Source of the DNA: Lama guanicoe
Lineage: Eukaryota
DNA: 64,000 bases
Reading direction: 5' to 3'
Assembly: GCA_013239625.1 (NCBI GenBank)
Contig: MU054323.1
Coordinates: 8,421,220-8,485,219, forward strand
In this document: positions 13,401 to 25,080 of the stretch, piece by piece
Layout of the letters: every line of letters starts with the position of its first letter
Position numbering within the stretch: the first letter of the stretch is position 1
Made by a program: the position numbers and the translations under genes
Notes under the pieces: model-generated
The model's input: the letters and a program-made list of their open reading frames with translations, nothing else
What the model was told of the DNA's origin: nothing
Database searches by the model: none

Positions 13401-14514
13401 GGAAGGGACCTTAGAAATCTAGTCCCACCTTCCCATTGATAGGAAGATGAATGAGTTGCCCCAAGTCCCAGAGATAGTTGGACCAAAATGTAAATTTCAG
13501 GCCCTTTTCACCAAACCACTTAAAGGTTCCTAAAATCGCATACCTGGACAGTCACCCCTTTCAGACAGCCTGTGACCTCTTGGTGGGCTGCATGCAAATA
13601 GTTTGCTTGACACTCTATGGCTCCAAATTTGCCTGGACCCAGATAAAGGCATCTCAGAACTGATGCATCAGGCAGACAGCAGGGTGAGCTCTCTGCCTCC
13701 CCGAGGCAGTGACTTTATAACACATCACTGTCCCTAGAGGAATAACATTGATGTCAGTGCCTTAGAGCTGACAGTTTTTGCTGCTTACAAATGGTTGTTG
13801 TGAGGATTAAATGAGGTAATGCATGAAAAACACTTCACACAGTGCCTGGCGCAGAGTATGGGTAAATTAATGTTAGTCCCCAGGCTATGACTACCTGCTT
13901 CCACCCTAGGGCTGGCCTTGGCTCTGTCTTCCAGTCTCTTGGTTTACTTGATCCACCCACTTTGGTATTGTAATGAAATTGTTCTACTGTCCATCTAGTG
14001 CCTGTGTTGCCTGTGTCCCAGGCTTTGCCATCAGGGTCATGTCCTGCTTGAGAACTTGCAGTGGCTCCTGGTTGTCTGGTTTGGAGTCCTGGATCTTCAC
14101 CCTGGACAGCTACCCCATCTGACCTTGCCCTCGCCATCCAACCCGCACTCCCAACATGTGTCCATCAGGTAGGGGGTTTCCTCAGCCCCCTCCCCTATGA
14201 ACATCCCATGCTCTCCCCTGCCATCCTTCCCACCCATCGGTAGAAACCTTCAAGACCTACCACACTTATGTCACATTCTTCCTCCAGCTAATTTAGCACC
14301 AGGATCCACTTTCTTCTCCCCGACTGAAACAGTTTGTCATCCTGGGGCTTTCAAATTGTTTTTTGTGTAAAGTTTGTCTCTCAATTAGATTGAAAACTTT
14401 GAGGGACAGAGACCACAATTGATACTTAACTTATGACTCAGCACAGAGCCACATAGCTGTAAACTTGTAGTAGATGGTCAAGAAATAGAGGAATGTCAGC
14501 ATACTGTGACAGTC

Positions 14515-14720
14515 ATGAGCACAGACTGCGGTAGGCTGCCAGAGTTTGAATTTCAGCTCCACATTTACTGGGTATGTGATTTGGACAAGTTAATCTCTCT
14601 CAGTCTCTCAGTTTCCTTCGCTGGAAAATGGAGATTATGGTTCAACTTTAGGTGTGTGAGTTACTGCTGGTAAAGAACTTAAAATAGTACTTAGTGCTTA
14701 GTAAGCACTATATGAGTGTA
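14515..14720 (+). mobile_element. MIR SINE
   Basis: gtttgaatttcagctcc...ggacaagttaatctctc...cagtttcc...aaaatggag core. Confidence 0.7.
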
Positions 14721-15875
14721 TGTTAAATAGATAGACCATGCTGATTGAGGACTAACTCCTGGAAAGTCCAATTGTACAGTTTCTTCTTGTGTATATGTGT
14801 TAAACTGTTAGACATCAAACAGGAACAAAAAAATTGATTTCCATCTCTGCTATCAAGGTTGACTCTGTGTTTTAGATTTCAGATGGAGCCTAATAGTAAT
14901 GGTGATGATTTCTAGATAATTTTTTCTCTCCTTCTTTTCTCTTAAAGACAGAAATAGCCAGTCATAAACTCAGCAGGTATCAGGAGCTATTTAAAGATGT
15001 CCTGCTTCAAATCAGGTGTCTTGCTTAACAAACCCTTGCTGGCAACTTCCATTCTACGTCTACATAATTGCAGACCAACACGTAGGCCAGGTTGACCTTT
15101 CTTAGAACAAACGTAAGAGAGGAGATCTGTCATTTCTTACAAATTTTTAAATCTAGTATTGAGGGAAAAAAATCTCCTGTGGTGACCAAACAGCTCCTCA
15201 ATTCCTAGAATAAGAATGTTTGCAAAGAACTGACTGATCTATACAGAGATATTATTGCTTTTTAAAACCCTTAATTCAGGAATAGAAATAAATGAACCAT
15301 GTATGATTGAACCCAAGCATCTTGGAAACTTTTCATACCGCATGCAAGTTCTGCTTTTATACTCGCATCCTCTGGGGTTTAAAAAAAAAGAAAGAAGAAA
15401 AATACATGATGTATTGTATGTATACTTTAGTGATGCATATAATACATGAATGATGTCTTTTTCTTCCTTTTTCTTTTCTGAAAACCTGCATATTTTTAAT
15501 ATTTCAAGAAATATTTGAATATGACCTTATGGAATGCTTCAAAAATCTCAGTTGAAAATATCTCTTCTCTCAAACTTTGCTGAGGTTAACTGTGATCTGA
15601 AGTTGCCAGATTTCTGTGCTAAATGTCAGGTGCATGTCTTAGAATGGTTTATTGCACTGCAGGTGGAAATGTGTGTAGACACCATGGTAGTTTCTGCCCC
15701 ATTGTTCCCTCAGGTTATCCCTGTTGCCAACCATGTTTTTCTCTCCTTCTGATCCTTTTTTATTTCCTGTTAATTAAAAATTAGGAGCTCTAAGGATCCT
15801 TAATTAGTGACTATATGAAGATAAAGCTGTAGGCCACATATAGTAAGAACTTTCTCATTAACCGATGTTTATCTC

Positions 15876-15988
15876 TCACACCACACACACACATTCACAC
15901 CGTGAGACACCTTCACATCCTCATACTCACACATTCACAGTCACACACTCACTGTCACATACACACACATGCACTTACTCATGCACAC
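15876..15988 (+). repeat. CA-rich low-complexity tract
   Basis: Degenerate (CA)n / (TCACAC)n. Confidence 0.75.
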
Positions 15989-16903
15989 AGTGGTAGAGCT
16001 GGAAGTACCACTAGAGATGAATGAATTCAAAAATAACTTTTCTCTTTACATTTAAACTCTCTACAATATTCTCAGTATTAAAAAATAAACTTAAACTTGA
16101 TGGATGTTGGTGAGCTCTATTCTTGGGAAGAGTATAAAACGAAGAAGGTCATGATTAGGTAACCCAATGAGGCACCTTTTTTTTAATCTATATGTTATAC
16201 TTTTTTTTTTCAACAACTGGATTTGGGTATAATTGACATACAATAAGCCACACATTTTCAGAGTGTATAATTTGATACGCTTTGAAAAATATATACACTG
16301 CGGAGCCATCACTGTTAATATAATGAACATATCCATCACTCCCTAAAGTTTCTTTGTGTCCCTTGTAATCCTTCTCAACATCAGGTAACCACTGACCCGT
16401 TTTCTGTCGCTGAGGATTAATTTGCATTTTCTCACATTTTTATATAAATGGAGTAATACAGTATGTATTCTTTTTTTGGTCTGGTTTCTTTGACTTAGCA
16501 TTCTTAAGTTTTTGGCTATTACAGACAAAGCTACTATTAACATTTGCATACAAGTGTTTGTGTGGACATACGCTCACATTTCCTTGTGTAACTACCTCGA
16601 AGTGGGACATGTAGGATAGATGGTAGGTGTATATTTAGCTTTTTAAGAAATTGCCAAACTGTTTTCCAAAGTGGTTGTAACATTTTATATTCCTTCCAGG
16701 CTCCACATCTTTGCCAGCACTTGTTATGATCAGTCTGTTTAATTTTAGCCATTCTAACAAATGATAGCTCCTTGTGGTTTTAATTTGCATTTCCTTAATG
16801 GCTAATGTTGAATGTCTTTACATGTGCTTATTTGCTCTGTGTATATCTTTGATGAAGAATTCACATCTTTTGCCTATGTTTTAGTTGAGTCATTGATCTC
16901 TCT

Positions 16904-17077
16904 CTTTTTTTTTTTTTTAGTTTTTAATTTTTTTTTTTTTTCTTTTTTTTTTTTTTTTAGTATTTAATTTTTTTTTCTTTACAATTTTTGTTGTTGTTGT
17001 TGTTAATGGAGGTGCTGGGGATTGATCCCAAGACCTCGTGCACACTAAGCATGCACTCTACCACTGAGCTATACCCC
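16904..17077 (-). mobile_element. tRNA-derived SINE with long composite T-rich tail
   Basis: tRNA-like head at 17007-17077; tail contains a duplicated T-rich unit and (TTG)n. Confidence 0.85.
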
Positions 17078-17128
17078 TAATCCTTTCTTTTTTTTTTTAA
17101 TAAAATGTCCAGAATAGGTAAATCTTAA

Positions 17129-17408
17129 TTTTTTCCTTCTAGTTTTATTGAAATATAATTGCTATACAGCACTGTATAAGTTTAAGATGTACAACATAAT
17201 GACTGCACTTATGAAATGATTATCACAATAAGTTTAGTGAACATCCATCATCATGAGATACAAAATAAAAGAAAAAGAAAAAAGTTTTATCCGTGTGATA
17301 AGAACTCAAGATTTACTCTTAACAACTTTCACAAATACTATATAGCAGTGTTAATTACATTTATCATGTTGTATATTACATCCCTAGTACTTATTTACCT
17401 TCTAACTG
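17129..17408 (-). mobile_element. L1 3' terminal segment (3' partner of the U6/L1 chimera)
   Basis: L1 3'UTR-type sequence ending on the minus strand in TCAATAAAAC...A-tract; directly abuts the U6 3' end. Confidence 0.75.
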
Positions 17409-17509
17409 AAAAATACGGAATGCTTCACAAACCTGCATGTCATCCTTGTGAGGAGGCCATGCTAATCTTCTCTATATCATTCCAAGTTTACTGCTGCCAC
17501 AGTGAGCAC
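17409..17509 (-). pseudogene. U6 snRNA retrocopy, essentially full length, fused to an L1 3' end
   Basis: Reverse complement reads GTGCTCACTGTGGCAGCAG-TAAACTTGGAATGATATAGAGAAGATTAGCATGGCCTCCTCACAAGGATGACATGCAGGTTTGTGAAGCATTCCGTATTTTT. It is collinear with U6 from its 5' GTGCTC to the 3' U-tract, with a small deletion near the 5' stem and mostly transition substitutions. Confidence 0.93.
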
Positions 17510-17821
17510 TGCTGGTCTTCTTTTTATTGGGTTGTCAGAGTTGTTTATATATTCTAGTTACAAGTCATTTGTTGGGTATATATTTTGCAAATATTTTCTC
17601 CCAGGCTGTGACTTACCTCTTCATTTTCATAAACAGTGTCTTAGGAAGAGCAAAAGTTTAAAATTTTGAAGTTCAACTTACTGATTTTTTTTCTTTCATA
17701 GTTTATGTGCTATAATCAAGAAATTTTTGTGAAATCCACTAGATTTTCTCCTATGTTTTCTTTTAGAAGTTTTATCATCTTAGCTCTTTCATTTAGGTCT
17801 ATGATCCATTTTAAGTTAGTT

Positions 17822-17927
17822 TTCCTGTTTTTGTGTTTTGTTTTTTTAATGGAGATAATAGAGATTGAACCCTGGATCTTGTGCATGCTAAGCATGCACC
17901 CTACCACTGAGCTCTACTCTCCCCCTC
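17822..17927 (-). mobile_element. tRNA-derived SINE, short type
   Basis: tRNA-like head; TSD TTAAGTTAGTT at 17811-17821 and 17928-17938. Confidence 0.88.
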
Positions 17928-20084
17928 TTAAGTTAGTTCTTACATATGGTGTATGGTGAGGGTTGAGGGTCAGTTTTTTGTGTATGGCTATACAATTGCT
18001 CCAACACAGCTTGTTGAAAAGAGTATCCCTTGTCAAAAATCAGTTGACTGTGTATGTGGGTCTATTTTTGCACTCTCTTTTCTGTTCTTTCAGTCTATTT
18101 CTCTATCTTTACACCAATACCACACTGTTTTGATTATCATAGCTTTACAGGAAGTCTTGAAAGCAGGTAATATAAGTCCTTCAACTTTGTCCTTCTTTTC
18201 CAACATTGTTTTGGCTATCTTCTTGGAAACAAACTTTTTAGTGCAGGCTGTAAACCAAAACCTTAAGAAAACTGTAAACAGAGTGCTTTAACCAAGCACT
18301 TGATAAACTTTCTCAGCCCTTAGCATGGTCCCTTTCTATTAGCTAAAAGTTAAGAATTTTCTTCAAAATTTTCTCAAGTTATTTGGAGAGAAAAAAAAAT
18401 CTGTGGGTTGTGTGTGTTAAAAGGAACTTTATTGGGTGCTGGGAGTTCAGATGAGGGCCATGTGTTGTTCTCCCTGATGCTTGGTTACATACTGATCTCA
18501 ATATGTTGTCTTCACGTGATCTGTATCTTAATGTACACTAAATTGTGGTGACGGTGTAGGGAAGAGTTCATTCTGCTCCCTCTCCCTTTTACATTTAGAG
18601 TCAGTAGAGAACAAGAGTGGGCCAGGAATTCTGAGCAGACTAGCTTAGGATTAAACTTTTGTGGACTGGAATTCTCACCACTGAGTTGTTGCCACCCTCT
18701 CCCCTACTCTCTGACAGGTTTCTATTCTCTTTGGTACCCTCTGTTACCACCAGGCCTAGGCTATAGCTCTTTCCTGATTTGGTACCCTAACTCTCACTTT
18801 GCCAGGCTTAAGATACTCTAGGATTCATATTTGGGAGAGCACTCTGGCTCTGAATCTCTAAGCTTCAGACTTAGTGGGCCACCAAAGAGTCTATTTTTCC
18901 TGCTGTCTGGAAAACAGTATTCAGAAGGGAGCAGGCTGAGCCTCTGATGGGCTTGGGCTCCCAGCCCCCCACATAGAGCATGGTGTGCACACTTCCCCAC
19001 AGGACCTACAGCTGAACTTCCATCCCCTGCCCCCTCCAATGGGGTGCACTGAGCTTCCATGTCCATTATACACTGACTGTGATCTTTAAAGCCCCCCTCA
19101 GGCAGCCTCATTATCCTTCTTTTCAGGGCAGGGAAGCTGAGTCTCAGACAGGTGACGTAACTTGCCACGCTAAGAAGTACAGGCCTGGGTCTGCCTGCCT
19201 CCCCGCCTTGACTCCAGCCCACATTCCTCAACACCACGGATCCAGGGAGGCCTCAGGGCAGCCTCCCTCCACAGTTTGATAGCACTGGTATCACTTGGAT
19301 TTGGGACCAAAAAGAGGACTCACCAACACTGGAGTAGATGAGGGAAGGAGAGCACATAGGGTTACATGTGGTTTATTTCTGGATTGTTGATAAACCCCTC
19401 TTCTCTGGCATCTGCGGGCAGCCTGGACTTTTAATAAAGATGGTGGTGGCCTGCTTGTCTGTAAACTTTCCTGCTTTGGGATGAGAAGGGGCCTTGCTAA
19501 GAGGGATGACAAAAGGCCCCTCTGTGCCGCTCTCTTTTAGAATGGTTTCCCCAGGCCCCTCGGCTTCTCAGAAGCTGGCAGCCACGTTCTCTCCGCCACA
19601 TAACTCCCTCTGAGGATCATCTCCAGTCTCCATGGTAACTGCATGTTGGGAGACAGCCTGCTCTGTTCTGCGGCTTTGTATTAAACACAATGAATTTAAA
19701 TTGGATGCTCAGCAGTGAAGATAATCATTCTGGATTAGAGAGATGCCTGGAGCTCCTCATTTCATAATTTTAGATGTTGGCACAGTTCTCAGCTTTAGCC
19801 CCATAATTCAAGCCCAAGCCACACCTACCCTTCTGTTTCTAGACTGCAGTTAGGTCCAGTTTCACTTGGGCTTTTCTCCATCCTTTGACAGAGGAATCCT
19901 GGAGCCAGGGAGCCCCACAGTCAGCCAGGGCTCTCCTGAGCTCTAGAAGGGGTGGCATGATGTAAAGGAAACCTGGGGTTCCAGGCAGATGGGCCCTCAT
20001 TCAGTCTGGCTGCGTGATTTCCTCTGAGCCCCATTTTTCTTATCTGTAAAATGAGAGGAGTAACCTGTACCCTACAGAATAATT

Positions 20085-20582
20085 TTTTAAATTTTATTGA
20101 TAAAATATATATAACATAAAATTTATTGTTTAAACTATTTTTAAGTATACAATTCAGTGACATTAAGTGCATTCACAATGTTGTCACCACAATGATCCAT
20201 CTCCAGAACTTTCTTAGCTTCCCCAACTGAAACTCTGTATCCATTAAATGCTAACTTCCCCCATTCCCTACTCCCCATGGCCCCTGACAACCACAATTTC
20301 ACTTTCCATCTCTGTGAAGTTGACTACTCGGGGCACCTCGTATAAGGGATCATTACAGTATTTGTCTGCTTGTGACTGGCTTATTTCACTGAGCATAATG
20401 TCCTCAAGGCTCAACCATGTTGTAGTGTGTGTCATAATTTCCTTCCTTTTTAGGGTTGGATAACATCCACTTTATGTATCTACCACATTTTGTTTACCCA
20501 TTCATCTGTCAGTAGACACTTGGGTTGCTTCCACGTTTTGGCTATTATGAATAGTGCTGCTCTGGACATGGATGCACAGATA
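20085..20582 (-). mobile_element. L1 3' end fragment inserted in a MIR
   Basis: ttttattg...tgtgactggcttatttcactgagcataatgtcctcaagg...ttgggttgcttccac L1MA/MB-like 3' motifs. Confidence 0.85.
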
Positions 20583-23500
20583 TCTATTTGGGTCCTTGCT
20601 TTCGATTAGAGTCATTTTGAGGATCAAATAAGACAACAAATGCTGAGAACCTTGCACGGAGCAGGCTGTCAGTAAAGTTTATTTCCCCAGGAGCTAACTG
20701 CCACAGTGGTCCGATGGTGTCCGTGGGAGTCGTGTCACTTTTTGCTAGCAGGCTGCTTCTGTGTCCCTGGGACATTCTAGTCTTGTTGGGTTGGGAATTA
20801 ACACAATTCATTCCAGGGTTTAAGGAAAATATCTTAACCATGGAAATGTTCATCAAGTCTCACGATGAAAACCATGCATGTTTTTACATTTCTCCCACCA
20901 GTTGGCATTCATGTATTTCTAGTTACAAAATGAGAAAATGTTAGGGCTGTTGTATATACTTCCCTATCAGTTGTCTATTTTAAATATACCCTCCGGGAGA
21001 CCCTGAAGCTGGGGTGGGATCGCCCCAGGCTGAGGCTCTGCTTAGTTACCATTTTGTTGGTATCAGATCTGTTCTTAGTGTTATGAGATTTGGAGTAAAA
21101 ATATCTAGATCCCAGTCTCGGCTGATCTCTAAAAAACTGAGATGGTAAAAAACTTCTTTCCAACACGGTGGATGTGAAGATTAGATGAGGGAAGTACTTT
21201 GCTGTGCAGGTGACCCTCTCCAGGAGCACTTCGTGCATTGAGGGAGGAAGGGACCAGGTCCCCGTGCTGATCTGCAGACCTCCAGGAGATTCTCTCTGGG
21301 CCTAGTTTCATCCGAAAGTTTCTGTAGTGGGTTTACTCCCCTGCTACCTTGGTCCCTGCAGGGGTGAGAATCCCAGAACCAAGGAACCATCTTTCCCTGT
21401 GGGGTCCTCTCGTATTAGCCTTTCCAGTCTTGGCCGGTGATTCTGCCGCCAGCATGCCCACACAAGCAGCCCTGGAGAGAGCCAGCACCGCTTTGTCCTG
21501 AGGAATTTGCTACAGAAGGGAAGGGGGAGCAAGAGCTCTTGTACGGCCTCCCTCTGACCTGTGCCTGACCCAGCTGCTCCCCGCAGCATGGCAGTCAGGC
21601 CTGTTCTTTATTGATGGGGCTGAAAGGAGGAGGCAAGATGGGGATTTCACAGCAAATCTCAGACCTTTCTCTCCCTCTCAGCAGCATGCTCACTGTTAGT
21701 AGTTCTCTGTGTGCTGGGAGCCTCCCTGTTGAGCAGGAACCAGGCAGGCTTAAATCAGAGCTTCCTGAGCAGGTGTGTCCACTGTCCCTGGGACCTGAAA
21801 GCTACCTCATCTGCTCACATCAGGGAGGGGGAGCTTGGGCCTCCCTCGAGGGCATCTTAACCTCTAGGGCAGCTCATCTCTTGAAGCCAGTGAGCCAGGG
21901 AGATTCTTGCCTTGGTGGGAGGACTTTCTTGGTTTCCAGAACCCCATGGCAGCCCGCTCCTCCTCCTATCTCTTTGCTCTCCTTCCCAGTCTCCTTCCTG
22001 GTCTTGTCTTACTCCTCCCTACGGTGATTGCTTCTCGGCATCCTACCCGCTAGTGCCTTCTGCTCATACTCATCTTCTCTCCCCAGGTGATCTATTACTG
22101 TTGACTTTCAGATTTATAGCTACAGCCTAGACACCTCTGAGCACCTGCCCCAAACTCAACACATCCACCACAACCCTGCTTCTCTCCTGGAAATGGCACC
22201 CTCATCCTCACAAGCCAGAGCTCACTTGCCCAGGAGCACAAGACTCCTCAGCGATAAAGCCAGACCTCAGATCTAGGTCTGCCAGGCTCCAGAGTTCAGG
22301 CCTCTCCCACCACACCTCCTGCCTCCACACACCATCAAAGAATTGAGCTGTATTTCTAACAAACATAAAAACTCAAATGTCGCTCTAAGCTCCAACCAAA
22401 CTCTGGGCCCTCTCCAGGACCCCTCCCCATTTGGGGCTGTGCTGGGCCTCCACCTGGACCCCTGTGTCAGCCCCCGGCTCCCCATTCCCTCAGCTCTCCC
22501 AGCCTGCTTTCTCTTTCCCAGCTCCTGGCTTCACAGAACTGGCCTCTTACAACAGCACATTGAGTTCAGCCCTCTCTTGTTGATTCCGTGGTGCATTTCC
22601 CAGACGATTTTCTTAAACCTCACCTTGGCTCAGTTCAACATTCCTCATTTTCCCCAAACCTTTCCTCTGGGAATTTGGCTTCATTTCCTGTTTTGCTAAG
22701 AAGTCTGGGGCCAGCTCTCCTCCATGTCTCCTCTCATCATCTCTTTTATTCACCCTGCTCCGGAATGGATGGGAAGAGTTGTTCCTCCCAGCCTAATAGA
22801 TACAAATTGCAACCCTCAGTGTCCTCATCTGAATAATGGGGATTATAAGACACCTACTTCACTGGACTGTTGTGAGAATTAAACAGGCACTGAGGACACA
22901 GTCAGCATATATTGGTTTTGATCAGTGATTTTCATCTCCACTGGAATGTCCCTCAATCAGCTCTGCCTGAAGATGTCTAAGAAGCCCCTTCCCTCCCAAA
23001 TGTGGTTGTTCCTTTCCTGATACAATTTTTTCAGCCACACAAGCCTAAAACCTCCCCCACTGTTTATATCCCCTCCTCTTCGGTCATCAAACCTGGCTGC
23101 TACTTTCCCAGAAACAGGGTTCACATGTGTCCTTCCATCCCAGCTCCCAGGCTGAGGTCCATCATCTCAGCACTGCAGTTAAGTCTGCACTGTGCAGCTG
23201 AAGTAATGCTCTCGGGTCTGATTTTCATGTTCTTGCTCCACCCAGAGAAGCCTGCTGTGACTACAGATGTGTCCAGGGATGGGGGTGACCCGAGTCCTCT
23301 CTGTAAATGTACTCCTATGCCCCACACTCCTGAAGCCCCCCCTATTACCACCACCTCCACAACACACAAGTGGCTGCACTTTGCCAACCGACAGAATCCA
23401 GGTTCATCAAGGTCCACACAGTTTGGTGTTTTCATCAGACCTACCTCAGCCAAAACCAAACAGGTCTATTCTCTGCCCTCCAGCTGTGCCCCCAGCTCTG

Positions 23501-23676
23501 TCCACATCATTTCCTTCCCCAGAGCATCACATCCTGCCCCCCTGCCAGCCCTCAGCCTGCCCATCCTACTGTGGCCATCCCCTCCTCTGGTCTTCTTTTG
23601 AACTTGATGCTGCTATCAACATTGAGGAATGTTATCCCATGCTGCTTTGTACTGTCATTATTTTGAAGTCATTTCT

Positions 23677-23830
23677 TTCTTTTTTTAATTTTTTTTGTAG
23701 GAGAGGGGGTAATTAGGTTTTATTTATTTGTTTGTTTGTTTGTTTATTTTAATAGAGGTACTGCAGGATTGAACCCAGGACCTCATGCCTGCTAAGCATG
23801 CACTCTACTTTGGAGCTATACCCTCCCCTC
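23677..23830 (-). mobile_element. tRNA-derived SINE, long type
   Basis: tRNA-like head plus GGGGGTAATTAGGTTT segment; perfect 14-bp TSD TTGAAGTCATTTCT at 23663-23676 and 23831-23844. Confidence 0.9.
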
Positions 23831-24024
23831 TTGAAGTCATTTCTATTAAAAATGAACTCTCTTCTTGCCCTGTTTGCTAACTGGACTCTAAGCACCTTAA
23901 TGTGATTGTATTTCTCACCTCTTCTAGAGCATCTGATACACATAACATGATGTGCACATTTGTGCTACCTACAAATTATGCTTATTGTTTATTAACTATA
24001 ATAGTTATAATGATATAAATCACC

Positions 24025-24260
24025 AGTATTCATTGGACTCCTGCTATGTGCAGGTAGTGTCCTAGATGCTTCACGTGCATTATCTCACTTAATTCTCACA
24101 GTAACCCCACAAGGGATGTAGTAGTATCCCATTTTATAAATGGGGAAATGGAGCTTAAAGACATTAAATAACTTGCCCAGGGTCATACAACTATACGTGA
24201 CAGGTCTGGAATTTAAATCTAGATCTGCCTGCCTTAAAGCCTGATTCTTATCACTCTACT
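24025..24260 (-). mobile_element. MIR SINE
   Basis: tatcccattttataaatggggaaatggag...taacttgcccagggtcatacaact core. Confidence 0.82.
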
Positions 24261-24550
24261 ATTTTGCCTCTAAATATAGCATTAATGTGCCTTTAAATGG
24301 CAGGCAGATTAAGTGTGGGAAAATGGCCTTTTCCCAAAGTATATTGCAGACTGAATGTTGCCTGAGTCCTCTGCTGAAAATTCAAAGAATGAAGGGTGAG
24401 TTTTAGAAATGGTAATGCTTAGAGGGAGAGCGCTGCAAGGTCAGGATATGGGACCCATGCCCTAGACAATGTGGTAGAGGCTGCAGACCCAGAAGGTTGG
24501 AGTGAAAAGTGAAAGGAAGTTTAGGAGTGCAGTTAATTCCAATGTACAAT

Positions 24551-24598
24551 TTGCAGAATGAACTCAACAGGCTGTTGCAGAATGAACTCAACAGGCTG
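24551..24598 (+). repeat. Perfect 24-bp tandem duplication
   Basis: TTGCAGAATGAACTCAACAGGCTG x2. Confidence 0.95.
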
Positions 24599-24930
24599 CA
24601 AATTATGGGCCAAGAAAAGGCTTGAGAGCTGTATGTAGCCAGAGGCACAGAGTGGGTGACCCGAAGGAACTGATCACGAATCACTTGATGTCCTGGAGAA
24701 AAGCTAGTTGGGGGGAGGAGTGTTATTTTGTTTGTTTGTTTGTTTGTAAAGGAGTATTTGATAGAAAATGGAGGGGAGACTTCAAGAGAAGATAGAACAG
24801 TGGTCAGCATCCAAGTGGCCTGGAAGGGAATTATCAGAGAAAGGGTCAGTGTCTTGAGTCCCTGTGTGAGCTGGATGAACTGGCAATGAAGCCAGCGTAA
24901 GCCTGTTACAGGAGTGTGATGTCCCTCAGT

Positions 24931-25080
24931 CAGGCCAGTGGAGCTGGTAAAAATGTGGGACTCCTTGTTAAAAAAAAATTATTAAGAATTTCAACAGCAG
25001 AGATTAAACCAGGGCAGAGCCCTTCTAAATGCAGGGCCCTGTGAGACCGCACAGGCCATGTACCCATGGAGCTAGTCATA
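24931..25080 (-). mobile_element. MER45A-like hAT-Tip100 MITE
   Basis: attattaagaatttcaa...attaaacc...cccttctaa...gggccctgtgagaccgcacagg matches the recalled MER45A reverse complement. Confidence 0.7.

Larger units (their letters stand above)
16200..18225 (-). mobile_element. Old L1 (3' end and ORF2 C-terminus), host of the U6/L1 chimera and two SINEs
   Basis: Peptides MAKIKQTDHNKCWQRCG...LWKTVWQFLKKLNIHLP and KWIIDLNERAKMIKLLKENIGENL; sequence resumes across the nested inserts. Confidence 0.88.

Noticed and set aside
19227..19245. REST/NRSE-like motif CTCAACACCACGGATCC
   Set aside because: Mismatches in the core CAGCACC and loss of the GGACAG right half.
23002..23601. 199-aa ORF, longest in the track
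   Set aside because: Non-ATG start, P/S-rich low-information sequence in a degraded-repeat region, no recognisable domain or splice context.
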